DNA of 64,000 nt from Balanoglossus misakiensis (taxonomy: Eukaryota > Animalia > Hemichordata), in assembly GCA_040954595.2 (NCBI GenBank), contig CM082588.2, positions 7,610,844 through 7,674,843 of the forward strand, given 5' to 3'. The notes under the pieces are model-generated. The model was not told the origin of the DNA and searched no databases. It saw only the letters and a program-made list of their open reading frames with translations. Every line of letters starts with the position of its first letter. The stretch's first letter is position 1. Both the position numbers and the translations under genes were made by a program. Shown piece after piece: positions 31,101 through 41,360 of the stretch.

Positions 31101-34100
31101 AAAGGGACAAAGTCTCTCTCTCGCTGCTTTTTTTCCATTATTTATGTTTGATACAAGACACCATTTATGTTATTCTACATGTGGATATATAGTGAATCAA
31201 CGTTCAACCACACACAAATTCCATCCCACTTGTTGACACGAGAGTGAAAAACTCGCCAAAATGAATAATCGGTGTTTACCATTTATTCATTTTGGCGAGA
31301 TTTGTACTCTCATATCCTACAAACGGGATGGAAGTTGTACGTGGTCGAACTTTGATTCACTATATATCCACATGTAGAATAACATAAACAGTGCCTTGCA
31401 TCAAACATAATTAATGGAAAAAGGGCAGTGAGAGGGAGACTTTGTCCCTTTAATAAGGTGTGAAAACACATGAACTGTACCTGAGTGGATCTGAATAAGT
31501 AGATTTGAGACTGTGTAAACACTCCATGTAATTCTTCTCCGTTTTCACAAGTTCTGAGAAAATCTTCAACCTCGAGTCTGCATCTGTCAAAAGAGGAAAA
31601 CGAAATAATACAGAGTTTGGAAGGAATTCTATTCTGTTTTAAGTAGATTTGATCATCTTATCGCAATACATGGATTGAAAACTAGTACTTCTGCTTTGAC
31701 TATATTCTAAACATGCCTGTAATCTGATTTTCAGTTTTCCTGAAAATTCTTATTTCTCTCTATTAAATCAAGTTAGTCTTATCAACCACTAAAACAATGC
31801 ATTGCTATATTTACATGTAACTGCAAATTCCACACATTGATAGTAGTATGTGTAGTTTTTGAATTGTGCATTACTTGTAACAATGGCAAAGGATTGATTT
31901 AACAAACGCCATTGTTTAAGTGAATAATTTTCAAGCCAGGCTATTGTCTTATCGGAAGTACCCAAAGTGCTTTTGTTGCTGTCAGTAAATCCGTTACGAA
32001 TTGAATGATTAAACATGTTCTTTGAAAGTCTCCTGATGTATCGAGTCCGCTATTGAACGTGCAATTTACAATCCTGCAAAAGTCATGTGACTCGGGTCTC
32101 TGGGGATGAGCGTGGAGCTAGAGCAGTTTGTTGATGTACGGCTAATTTTATGGTTTGTTGTTTTTTACCTGCAACACTTCAGGACCAACACAAAATATTA
32201 GATGCAGTGTCTCTTTGAAAGTCACATGTTAAAACATCTGGAATTAAAGGGACAAAGTCTTTCTCTCGCTGCCCTTTTTCCATTAATTATATTTGATACA
32301 AGACACTGTTTGTTATTCTACATGTGGATATATAGTGAATGAACGTTCAACCACAAAACTTCCATCCCTCTTATAGACAGGAGAGTGAAAAAACTCGCCA
32401 AAATGAATAATCGTTCTTTACCATTTATTCATTTTGGGCGAGTTTTTATACAAGTGGAATGGAAGTTTTGTGTGGTTGATCATTGATTCACTATATATCC
32501 ACATTTACATTAACATAAATGGTGTCTTGTATCAAACATAATTAATGAAAAAGGGGCAGCTGGAGAGAGACTTTGTCCCTTTAAGTAATATTGTTTTTGT
32601 CACTTATTTTATGTTTTTACTGAGAGCACAGGACCAGCCACTGTGAGTTTAACTGTACAGGAGACTATAACATTTGACGCTATAGACTTCATGGTACTTT
32701 ATAGCTACCGACATGCTAGCCCTATACCTGTAGAATTTTTCTGCAGGTATCTGCGACAATAGCAATGTAATTGAAACAGCAAAAATTAGCTGTATTCATC
32801 CAATTTTCTTAGCTGATACTGAACAACATAAACAATAACAGTCAAATTCCCTTGAGTAAAAGAAGAATCTCAAAGCTCCTAGTACCAATTTGCATGATCT
32901 AGTACCACATTCATGTACCTGTTGTGCACTAGGTTGAAGAGAAGTTACGAAGGAACCCTCCAATCAAAAAGCAACCTTTCAATTGATCAACCCTTCACAT
33001 CAGCTAACGCAACCCAATGGACAAACAAATTCCATTCTCAGCAAATGCTTTCTATTTTTCGCAGCACACCATTCCAAAACCGCGATTAACTGAATGACAT
33101 TAGCGAGTTAATTACTGTCAAGTGAGTGTCGGATTGTTGTCTCTGACAGCTGTGACTGATTGCCCGCATAATAAAACCTTGATTACACAACTCCCGACGG
33201 AATTAGAATCACATTATCCCAGCGAGTCCTTTTTTGTAAAAAAGTAACACGTCCCTGGACACGCAGATTCAAACTGCCAATTGTGTGTAAAAACAATGTT
33301 GGACAATTCACGTGTTTGACATGTGCTTTTGACTGCGACTCATGTAACTGATGTTCCCATCGATTCGATAACCTCATGGTCAATTCTGAGAAAGCTTAGA
33401 TAATCCACAATCAAGGATCATGTGAAAATTCATGGTACAATGGTCAGTAATATTTTAAATATTTTTTTCTTTTATTTATTTTATCCATTATCCAACGGGT
33501 GAGTACAGCCCAATTACAGAAAGAGGTACCCACCACTCTTGGTAAGGGAGAAGGCAACTTATGAGAAATAAAGTGCTTTACTAAAGGGACACAGCTGTAT
33601 CATAAAACTATTTTCCAGTATTTTCATTTGCAGATCAACTGTCATGTCTTGTTTGACTCCATACATCATGCTAAACTGCCCAGTACAGCTTTTCAATTTG
33701 AATTAGTATACAATGAATATCTGTTTTAAATAATGAATGAAAATAAACTTTTCTTGCATTCCGAACTTGCATTCAAACGACAATGTTGATTGTATACATG
33801 TTCATGTTGTTTCGGTAGGCTAAATTCTGGGCATTACATGCTTTAGGAAATTGAACCAAAAACTGCAATTGATACAAGAACAGAAAAAGTGAAAAGGAGC
33901 AAAATTCATGGGAAACTTTGTTTCAAAATATTAGATAGACAGATGTGCTGCCAAGCGAAGTATAGACAAGAGTATGATGTGTGTGGTCTATACTTTATCT
34001 TGGTGGGTTCTGTCTGTAGACCTGGTCATGAATAAATTAATAAGCTTCTTTGACAAACAATGGTATAGAGTGCAACAACAGAATTATTTGGTAGCAATTC

Positions 34101-37100
34101 AAGTTTTTATCAGTAGTGCGAAGCCAGCACCATGATTATGAATACTTGACATAGATCATTAGATGATAGAGATGTCTGATTCATCATCATTGAATCTCGT
34201 AGCTTGTCGTAGCAAGTCTCATCGCCCAAGGTTAGTTGGCTGTTGGAACAAACGGACAGGAATTCCTGATGAAAGAAATTATTTTTCTGCCTCATTAGTC
34301 GGGAAGAGTGATAATTGATTTTTGGGTTAGTGGAGCTTTGCTTGGACAGCTTAATCCCAGTGTGTGCCGGGTTCAGATATATTTAGGTCGTGGTGGTAGT
34401 CAATGAATGAAAGGAATATATGCTACTGGTTTGAATCGGTCTTTGTGACTGATATCTCAGTGGCCATTACGGATGACAAGAAGTTGTCAACAGACAGAAT
34501 CATTTTCAAAAGATTTCAAAGCATTTTGTGATGTAAAACACCAAACTTCATGGAGGCTGGTTAAAGCCCCAATAGCTGCAACTTTTACCATATTTTTAAT
34601 CATTGAAACAATCAGTCTTCGCCTTATCCTTGGCTGACAAATGAAACTATATTGCATTTGTGGGGATTTTAATAACCATTTGCACATAGCACGATAGTTA
34701 AATAATAACACATGTCATGCTCGGGCAATATTATGATCTTTGGCCTGCACGAGGGATGGTGATCTCTGACCATAATATTGATGATGCCCGAGCCGCAGGC
34801 GAGGGTATCATCAATATTATGGTCAGAGATCACCAGCCCGGTGAGTCAAATTTGAAAAAATTTGAGGATTTCTATAAATTTCTGTGAGTCAGTCCTACAT
34901 GTATACCTTTACAAGTTTAGTGGATAATTTTCTTGAGTCACCAGTGAGTTTGTTGAGTCAGTGGCGCATCATATGGGCTTAGAGGGTACACTTGTCACAA
35001 TGCATGGTGCACCTCCTGCTATCATGTGGTGGAGCATGTTTATCAAGAACTTCCCCATTTGTGCACGTGCAGTTTGAGAATTTTTGAATTGCAGTCTGTG
35101 ATCTATCATGTAGACAATGGTTGACAAACGTCTCAAGATAGATGTGTACTGGAAGATAGATGTGTACTGGAACTTCCCTTGGTATAGGTTATCCAAACAC
35201 ATCGCTCACAAGTTCTGTTGGTTGAAAGATTTTTTTGTCTTGTCTCTTTACATCCAGCTGGAGTCCACTGTGACATTTTTATCGTAAACAGCTATTATCG
35301 TTTAAGGACAGCGATCTGTTTCCCAACAGTATCTGTAACCTGCTATTAAATGTGAGTAGCCTACAGGTGAATGACCACATTGCGATCCATCACAGAGCTA
35401 CGCACGACAAACGAACAAAAGCCAACCAGTTGATGTTATTTTGGACCACAGTCCGATCGTCAGAAACCAGTGTGTTCTAGCTGTGAACTGGTACCAACGG
35501 ACTCTTGTCAAAGCGCGATACTTTCGTCATTCTCGTAAATCATTCTTCATAAAAAAAAGAAAACATTCGCGGTTTCCTTCCAGTTGTTCACGTAGTTTGC
35601 CGTCTTTTGTCTTCTATGTTTGTATGGCCAACAAGTAGCACAGAAAACAGTTATTGTCAATGATATCACACTCACCAGTTTCAATGACCTATCCACCACT
35701 ATAAAATAGTATAAATATGTGCTGGTGTCGAACAAGACGTTTTGGTTATGATCAACAACACCAACAACAACAACAACAACAACAACAACTACTACAAGTA
35801 TTGTACATGTACATGTATTTGTAAATAAAATGTTAAATATAAAAGAAACCAACCATAATAATTTATAACTAGGTATTTCTGTCGGACATACAGAGGGAAT
35901 GGGTCTGGTGTGCATGATAGACATTGTCGACAACTGTTTGACAACTGGAAGGAAACCTTGGTTGTTTTGAACTTTTCTTTTTTATAAGAGTGATTTATTA
36001 CAATGACGAAAGTATCGCGCATTGACAAAATTCGGTGGCTGATACTGTTGTATGTTATTGTACGGGTAACAATAAGTTCTCTGGTCTGTTGGTAGAGACA
36101 GCGCCATCTAGTGGTGGATCCTTGATTCTCGAGAGGTGACTCAAGTGCATGTGCTGCAGCTATTCACTGTATGACATTGACCAAAATTCACACAAACTGG
36201 CATTAAAATGGCCAGCACAAGTTACTAGCCTCCACAATATGACAAAAGTGCTAAAGAAATACCGGTATACCAACACATATGCTAGGTTCTGCCACATTAT
36301 AAGGTTATTCACAAAATACCGGGATTTATGTCCGAGTACATCGTGCAGCGCAGGTATTGTCCGAGACGCGCAGCGTCGAGGACAATACCGAAGCGTACGA
36401 TGTACGAGGACATAAATCCCGGTATTTTGTGAATAACCTTATTATTATACACCTTTTCCGGACGTCCTTGATGAACGATAAAGAATAAATAGGCCGCTAT
36501 CGGACTTCCTAGTTTTCAGACGCCGCCATGATGTAATTTGCATATCGAACGCGCCTTCACCTCGCGCATCAGGTGATGCTAGTGTCGAACTGCCTGTCTC
36601 GCGCGCGACGTTCTACGCTGCTTGCTTGCGCTGAAATGAACGCGCTCGCCTGTTCGTTCACAGATTCCTTCGACTGAAATTTCAGCGTGGATTTTGACTT
36701 TTTTCGCATCTTGGGTCACCAATAATTTTGTTTAATAACGGCTGTGTACTTTTTATATACATTTTTGTCAGAGTAGGGTTAATATCATTGTTTACATTGA
36801 TCACCGGTCCTGTGAGGTCAAAGTCACAATGCGTCCAATAACCCTGTGGGTTATTGGACTCCGCGTCCTCATTTGAATAATTATTGTACGGTGATACCGC
36901 GAATTATTGTATTACGGAACTCCATAGGTTACAGCAGTAGGTGTATAATAATAGTCTGTATTATAACACACCAGTATCATCAATACGGTAGAGTCGATGA
37001 GCATGACTGTACAATGAACAGCGCCATCTGGTGACAAACCTTGCATTTTATACACTACAACAATGTTATATCCCCAGTCGAACATCACCAACACAAAGCC

Positions 37101-40100
37101 TTCATTGTATTATTACACTGAGTGGGACATTCACAAGTAGACGTGAAGTCAAAACAGAATGAGTCAACACACAGATGACAGTGTAATATGGACAGCCAGG
37201 CATTGACAATAATCACGAGGCATTTGCATGTGATTCTATTGGCCTCAATCTGGGACTTGTTCATGTTGTTCAGTTGGTGTCGCAGTACAATAATGTGTTC
37301 AAATCTACACTGACAGTTGACCTACATTGTAAAAACACTTTATATATGCACCTGTTGTTATGTGATAGTTGGTTCAGCTATATTCTTACGTTTTGTTAAA
37401 ATTCCACAACACATCATGGCTTTCTTGGTGACAAAATAAACATACCTTATCTAACACAACACACAACTGTGACTAACAGCCATTGGTAAAAATCAAAAAT
37501 CAGACACACAAAAAATTATAATGCGCAATTTTTTTCTCAATAAATTGACCACCATCTAAATCTTTTTTATTTGATTTGATTTGATTTGATTTGATTTGTA
37601 CAGGTTTTTGTCAGAATAAGCTAGCAAATTTACACCTAAATTTGGAAATTAATAATGACAATGCAGGCCTAGGTCCAAAAATTTCTCCTTTCTCGGTAAT
37701 CAGCTTCAACTTTCTCAAGATTGGACTAAGAACATCAGTAAGGCATACAATCCCCTTGAAAGGCACTTGACGGACTTAATTTGATGACAACCATGTCAAA
37801 TTGGGTTCAGAGTACCATTAGAGGAGCATATAGCCTGCCAAATATATCACGTTGAACACAATGAAAGCATTATCTGACGATTGTGTATACAAGTACTACA
37901 GGGGCAGTGTTGAGCAGATCTTGCATTCCAATGCAATTACTTCAGTAGAATACCCGGCTGCCCTGATCACATCACAAGATGTTAATGTCTGTGAAACTTG
38001 TCCAGGGACCTAAGTACACGATACGAGGAACTCAGAATTCCTTTGTCAATTTCTGCCCCTGGCAAACAGACACTGTCTCATACAGAATTTGAATTCTCTT
38101 GGAGACTGACACTGTACGTGTACATAATCAGCATACCAACACTAGCACAGAAACTATGTTTACAGACATTAATGATTGCAGTCTGTAGCTTTCAGAATAT
38201 TTCTAAAAAGAAACTACAAGTTAGAATAAGCAATTTGTTTGTTCATTCATTCATTCATTCATTCATTCATTCATTCATTCATTCATTCATTCATTCATCC
38301 ATCCATCCATCCATCCATCCATCCATTCATTCATTCATTAAACTGCATTTGTATTCTCTGTTGTTTTTTGTATTGCTTTATCAATTATAAGAAAATTTAA
38401 AAGAAAAAAAACAATATAATTAATTGTAATGATACTTTCTATTGTTTTCCCCAGAATTAACGGTATCCAAGGATACTCTTTAATTGTTCTGGAGAGAACA
38501 CTGTACAGTATCGCATGTCACTTACCCAGTGCTAGTCTCGGCAGAAGATCTTTCGTTGCATTTTCAATCGTGATGTCTTGATTGGCAAGTAAACTGGCAT
38601 CCGCATCTTCATTAAGTAATGCTAAGGTGTGTGTGTTCTTGACTCGGTATTCGGACAGTTTAAATTCCATGATCACATCGGCGATCAAATCACGCACACG
38701 CATTCCAGCTTCACCTTGGACCTGTTTGGCAGAGAGGAGGCACGGTTCAAATTGAGATAATATTAATAGCTGTGTTTTCATTCACGTCTGAAGACTGTAA
38801 AACACTCTGAATTAACTGAATGCTTTTTAGTAAATATTATGGGTCTGTAAATTAATTTAGCTGTAAAGAAAGCTTGACCATGGTAAATGTAGAGAAAAGT
38901 TTGGATTAACGGCATCTTAAATTAGCCAATTTCCACATTTAGCTAAATCAGCTAAAATAACAAGATAGCTAAAAAGGACATATTTTATAGACTTTATAAA
39001 ATCTCCCCACCCCTATCCTGAAATCTGGCTTTTCCGTAGTTCATGGGTAAACATCACAAGCTATAGATGATCAACAAAGGAGACTGTTTAACCCTAACGC
39101 TGCCAAGTCAGTATGAACTGGTTTGATTTCCAGGGTGCCTAGAATCCGGGCTCCCAGGCCCGTTAGGCTGCCAAGTGTGTGTTAATCAGTAGGGCCTATA
39201 CATGACCCTCAGACCAATACAGTACAAACCAGTACGATTTGGTACATTTTTCAGGGGGCTCAGACTGCCAAGTGTGTCTAAGTACGTATGAGAGCCATGT
39301 CAAGACAGTCAAAATACGTTTCAGAAGAAAAGGTGGCAAATACGTATTTTAAGGGACTTGACACTCTAACCAGATATGACCCCCGGTAGCAATAGGGTTA
39401 AAGACCCCAAAAGTGGGTGACTATTTTCCTACTAACCTCCTAGTACCAGTGTGCCATCGAACAAACGTAATTTTTAAAAGCATTGAGTCAATTTGAGGAT
39501 TCCATGTTCAGAAATTTCTCTGAGTCCAAAAAAATGTGGATAATTTCCTCGAGTCGACAGTGAGTTTGTTGAGTCAGTGGCACGAAATACAGCCTTAGAG
39601 GGCACACTGCCAAGTACCTGTAGGCTGTAGTATGTTCTACCACACATACCCACACACAATCTGTTCAATGTGTGCCTTGTATTCATAACTTCCTATTGAC
39701 CACAGAGAACTGATTGTATCACACATATTTAGTGAGCAACGCACACACATATACACGCATACCTCTAATCCCTGGTTCCTATTAAATGTCACTTACTTCA
39801 ATCCAGAGAGTCAATATTGAATTGTTTTCCCGTACTCCCCAATGTGAATTGTCGTGATGACCTAAGACCAATGGTATTATTATCACTTTGCTGGGATATT
39901 GTGGAATTTGACGGAATCTGTGATCAATCATCGCCATGGCGATAACTGATGGTACAGCAATGGCCTGATTTACTTCAGCATATTGAATACAATCAGCTGT
40001 TTAATTAAAGTCTAGACCATCACAATATAAGGAACTTCATTGAAACTTTTATTCTCTATGGGTTGTATTTTTTAAACAATTTTATGTGGTATCTTTTAAT

Positions 40101-41360
40101 TTTTCTCTATCTCGTTACAGTCGTTACTGCATCTTGTTAAGAATATGAGTTAACGACGACATGAATATTGTGTTCTGACCTACACTGTACAATAGAATAC
40201 ATTAAGGCAAGTTCAAATTCTGACTGCCATCAAAGTTCCACGTGTAACGCGATCATCAGACAACTGGTTGCTATTAGAGTAGCAAACAGTTCAGATGATC
40301 TCATTATACGTGGAACTCCGAGTCTTAACTACCACTAGATAGCTGTTCTCCCTGGACAGTTAATCCAGATCTATCCTTGTTGAACACTTTACTACAGAAA
40401 TATATAATTATATGTGTGTGTGTGTCAGCACATATGTGTGTGAATTATTCATTTCTTTACTTGCAGCTATGCAGCTAGCTATTATCACCAAACCAAACAA
40501 ACCAACTGGCCAATGGCGCCAAGTCTAAATCTAATTCAGCACTTTGTATAAAATCTGAGCCAAAATAAACTCTGTTGCTGACAAAGTTTCATTTTGCCAT
40601 CCTGCATCCATTTCAAAATCTAACCAAACTGGTGCATTTTACGTTAAACAGGCACTGTGTCATTCTTATTAAAACACTAAGGTTTAGGCTCCCATCCATT
40701 CTTCTCCAGTTATTTCTTGGCAGCTGCAACTTGCATAGTACCACTGCTTATGGACTGGAAGTCTATAATTTTGTATTTAACCTTGCCACCTCTCTGTGCC
40801 TTTTAACATAAGGGTAACCCAATCTGGGACCGGACACCTTTTATTCACACTTCCATTCACATGGAAATGTGAGTAAACACGATGACACCGTTTTACAAAC
40901 AAGGTAATGGTTTTCAAACAATGACATCAAAGTCATCTGGTCCATTCTTTTCATTGAGCTACTGTTGCACTACTACACTGTACATACGTTCAAATTAAAG
41001 TGATTAATTATGTTGCTAAATGGACATAGTCGAGCTTCGATGTTAACCCCCAAAATTTGAATCATGAATCATGTGTAGTCTGATCGTTTACATTCGTATT
41101 GTGATTTGTGGAATACATGTAATTTCGATTATGGAAATAACGTAGAAGATCCTTACCGTCCTCAACCGACCGTCTGGTAGAGTAGCCTTCACAACATATT
41201 TGGTTGTAGACGGTGGTACTTCGGAGCTAGGTGCATTGCTATTTGGTGTAGTGGTCCCACCACTACCAGCAGCATTTTGTCGCCTTTGCACTGACACCGG
41301 TGGCAAGTCTGCGCTTACCCGGTCTCGCGTCGATTGCTGCGGCCTGACTCGCTCTGCCAT
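45..41360 (-). CDS. ARHGAP20: ARHGAP20-related Rho regulator with N-terminal Raf-like RBD, DH (RhoGEF) and PH domains; 12 exons in window, 3' end beyond the left edge
   Basis: Exons 41360-41157, 38721-38526, 31583-31481, 30484-30394, 27336-27291, 26558-26489, 24824-24722, 8153-8043, 6893-6771, 5268-5183, 1230-1090, 236-45. All introns are GT-AG and phase-compatible (about 488 codons). RBD: VKATLPDGRLRTVQGEAGMRVRDLI...DADASLLANQDITIE. DH: ELVKTEKNYMECL...SIDSLLLLPVQRIPQYDEYLTSLLDKTP...ENEVQVAENQYKL. Then RRRSAPS and PH motifs FFLFNDVLLIAK, KVRVSELWTACCLDEVCE, SFVLGWPTTNFVVTF, recognised from memory as ARHGAP20-like. Alternative ATG at 41372. The symbol indicates family resemblance, not proven orthology. 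Confidence 0.88.
1846..4606 (-). mobile_element. Non-autonomous Helentron/Helitron2-type (HINE-like) element, interrupted by a Harbinger-type insertion
   Basis: One end has stem-loop GCTGCAAGCAGC (1849-1860) next to subterminal GGGGCCCAAGC. The other end has hairpin GGGGACCAAGCGCC-TGAG-GGCGCTTGGTCCCC (~4572-4603) carrying the same motif. Internal degenerate repeats (CAGGTG..ACAGGTGACCCC at ~2671 and ~3651). No coding region. Confidence 0.7.
2817..3543. mobile_element. PIF/Harbinger-type non-autonomous element
   Basis: TIR GGCTGCATTCACAAA ... TTTGTGAATGCAGCC; TAA target duplication at 2814-2816 and 3544-3546; G and C runs inside the TIRs. Confidence 0.85.
6256..6460. mobile_element. TA-flanked (Tc1/mariner-superfamily-type) MITE, ~200 bp (reference copy of 6)
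   Basis: TA|CTGTAAAAC...GTTTTACAG|TA, rich in TTTTCGCG repeats. Other copies 15540-15747, 17913-18122, 22749-22938, 24438-24626, 25609-25802, forming two subfamilies. Confidence 0.85.
8388..8520 (-). promoter_or_regulatory. Candidate alternative first exon (MASCQSVQQ) of the ARHGAP20-like gene
   Basis: CpG-rich patch, ATG at 8414, donor CAG|GTAAAA after 8388, phase 0, 234 nt upstream of the acceptor at 8153. Out-of-frame upstream ATGs are also present. Confidence 0.3.
13819..13943 (-). promoter_or_regulatory. Candidate internal TATA promoter and alternative first coding exon (MREIHSSIGGILGQSNTK) of the ARHGAP20-like gene
   Basis: TATATATA at 13933-13943, ATG at 13872, donor AAG|GTATGT after 13819. 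Phase 0 matches the acceptors at 8153, 6893 and 5268. Confidence 0.45.
14978..15063. repeat. Perfect 43-bp tandem duplication
   Basis: TTATATCACTTTGGTTTCACAGAACAGATTATAACTCACCATA x2. Confidence 0.9.
16761..16844. mobile_element. piggyBac-type ~84-bp MITE (reference copy of a family with about 11 copies in the window)
   Basis: TTAA|CCCTTTCACC...GGTGAAAGGG|TTAA. Other copies at ~570-655, 889-973, 1568-1642, 7349-7433, ~18593-18675 (degenerate), 19252-19337, 21589-21673, 29926-30010, 50295-50379, 55925-56008. Confidence 0.85.
23788..23954. mobile_element. Tc1/pogo-type MITE
   Basis: TA|CAGTCAAACCTGT...ACAGGTCTGACTG|TA with internal GTGGCC repeats. Confidence 0.8.
27966..28160. repeat. (CATA)n/(CA)n microsatellite
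   Basis: Directly visible. Confidence 0.95.
29308..29430. mobile_element. Small foldback/MITE-like element
   Basis: 35-bp inverted arms GCAATCTGATTAAAATCAGATGTAGGGTA(T/C)GGCGA; flanks TGGCTTT/TGTCTTT resemble a target duplication. Confidence 0.6.
31103..31449. mobile_element. Kolobok/T2-type palindromic MITE (reference copy of a family with about 9 copies)
   Basis: TTAA|AGGGACAAAGTCTC...GAGACTTTGTCCCT|TTAA, inverted arms over most of its length. Other copies: ~5337-5530, ~9702-9940, 17359-17451 (internally deleted), ~24870-25170, 32248-32580, 49691-~49970, 51461-51795, 52209-52483. Confidence 0.85.
32248..32580. mobile_element. Kolobok/T2-type palindromic MITE, full copy
   Basis: TTAA at 32244-32247 and 32581-32584; AGGGACAAAG termini. 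Confidence 0.85.
34757..34835. repeat. Long hairpin with a CCC-GA-GCC-GCA-GGC-GA-GGG core
   Basis: 33-bp arms 34757-34789/34803-34835 with one G-T pair. Confidence 0.75.
35752..35790. repeat. (CAA)n microsatellite
   Basis: Directly visible. Confidence 0.85.
36299..36953. mobile_element. Unclassified element with a 144-nt terminal hairpin and an asymmetric inverted repeat
   Basis: Perfect 35-bp stem 36299-36333/36408-36442. TATTATTATACACCT (36440-36454) is the reverse complement of AGGTGTATAATAATA (36939-36953). Confidence 0.55.
37569..37598. repeat. (TTTGA)n microsatellite
   Basis: Directly visible. Confidence 0.85.
38242..38339. repeat. (TTCA)n/(TCCA)n microsatellite
   Basis: Directly visible. 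Confidence 0.95.
39092..39397. mobile_element. piggyBac-type non-autonomous element, 306 bp
   Basis: TTAA|CCCTAACGCTGCC...GGTAGCAATAGGG|TTAA (imperfect TIR) with three internal CTGCCAAGT repeats. Confidence 0.6.
39447..39609. mobile_element. hAT-type MITE; a related truncated copy lies at ~34841-34993
   Basis: TIR CAGTGTGCC...GGCACACTG; 8-bp duplication CCTAGTAC/CCAAGTAC (one mismatch); GAGTC subterminal repeats. Confidence 0.7.
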
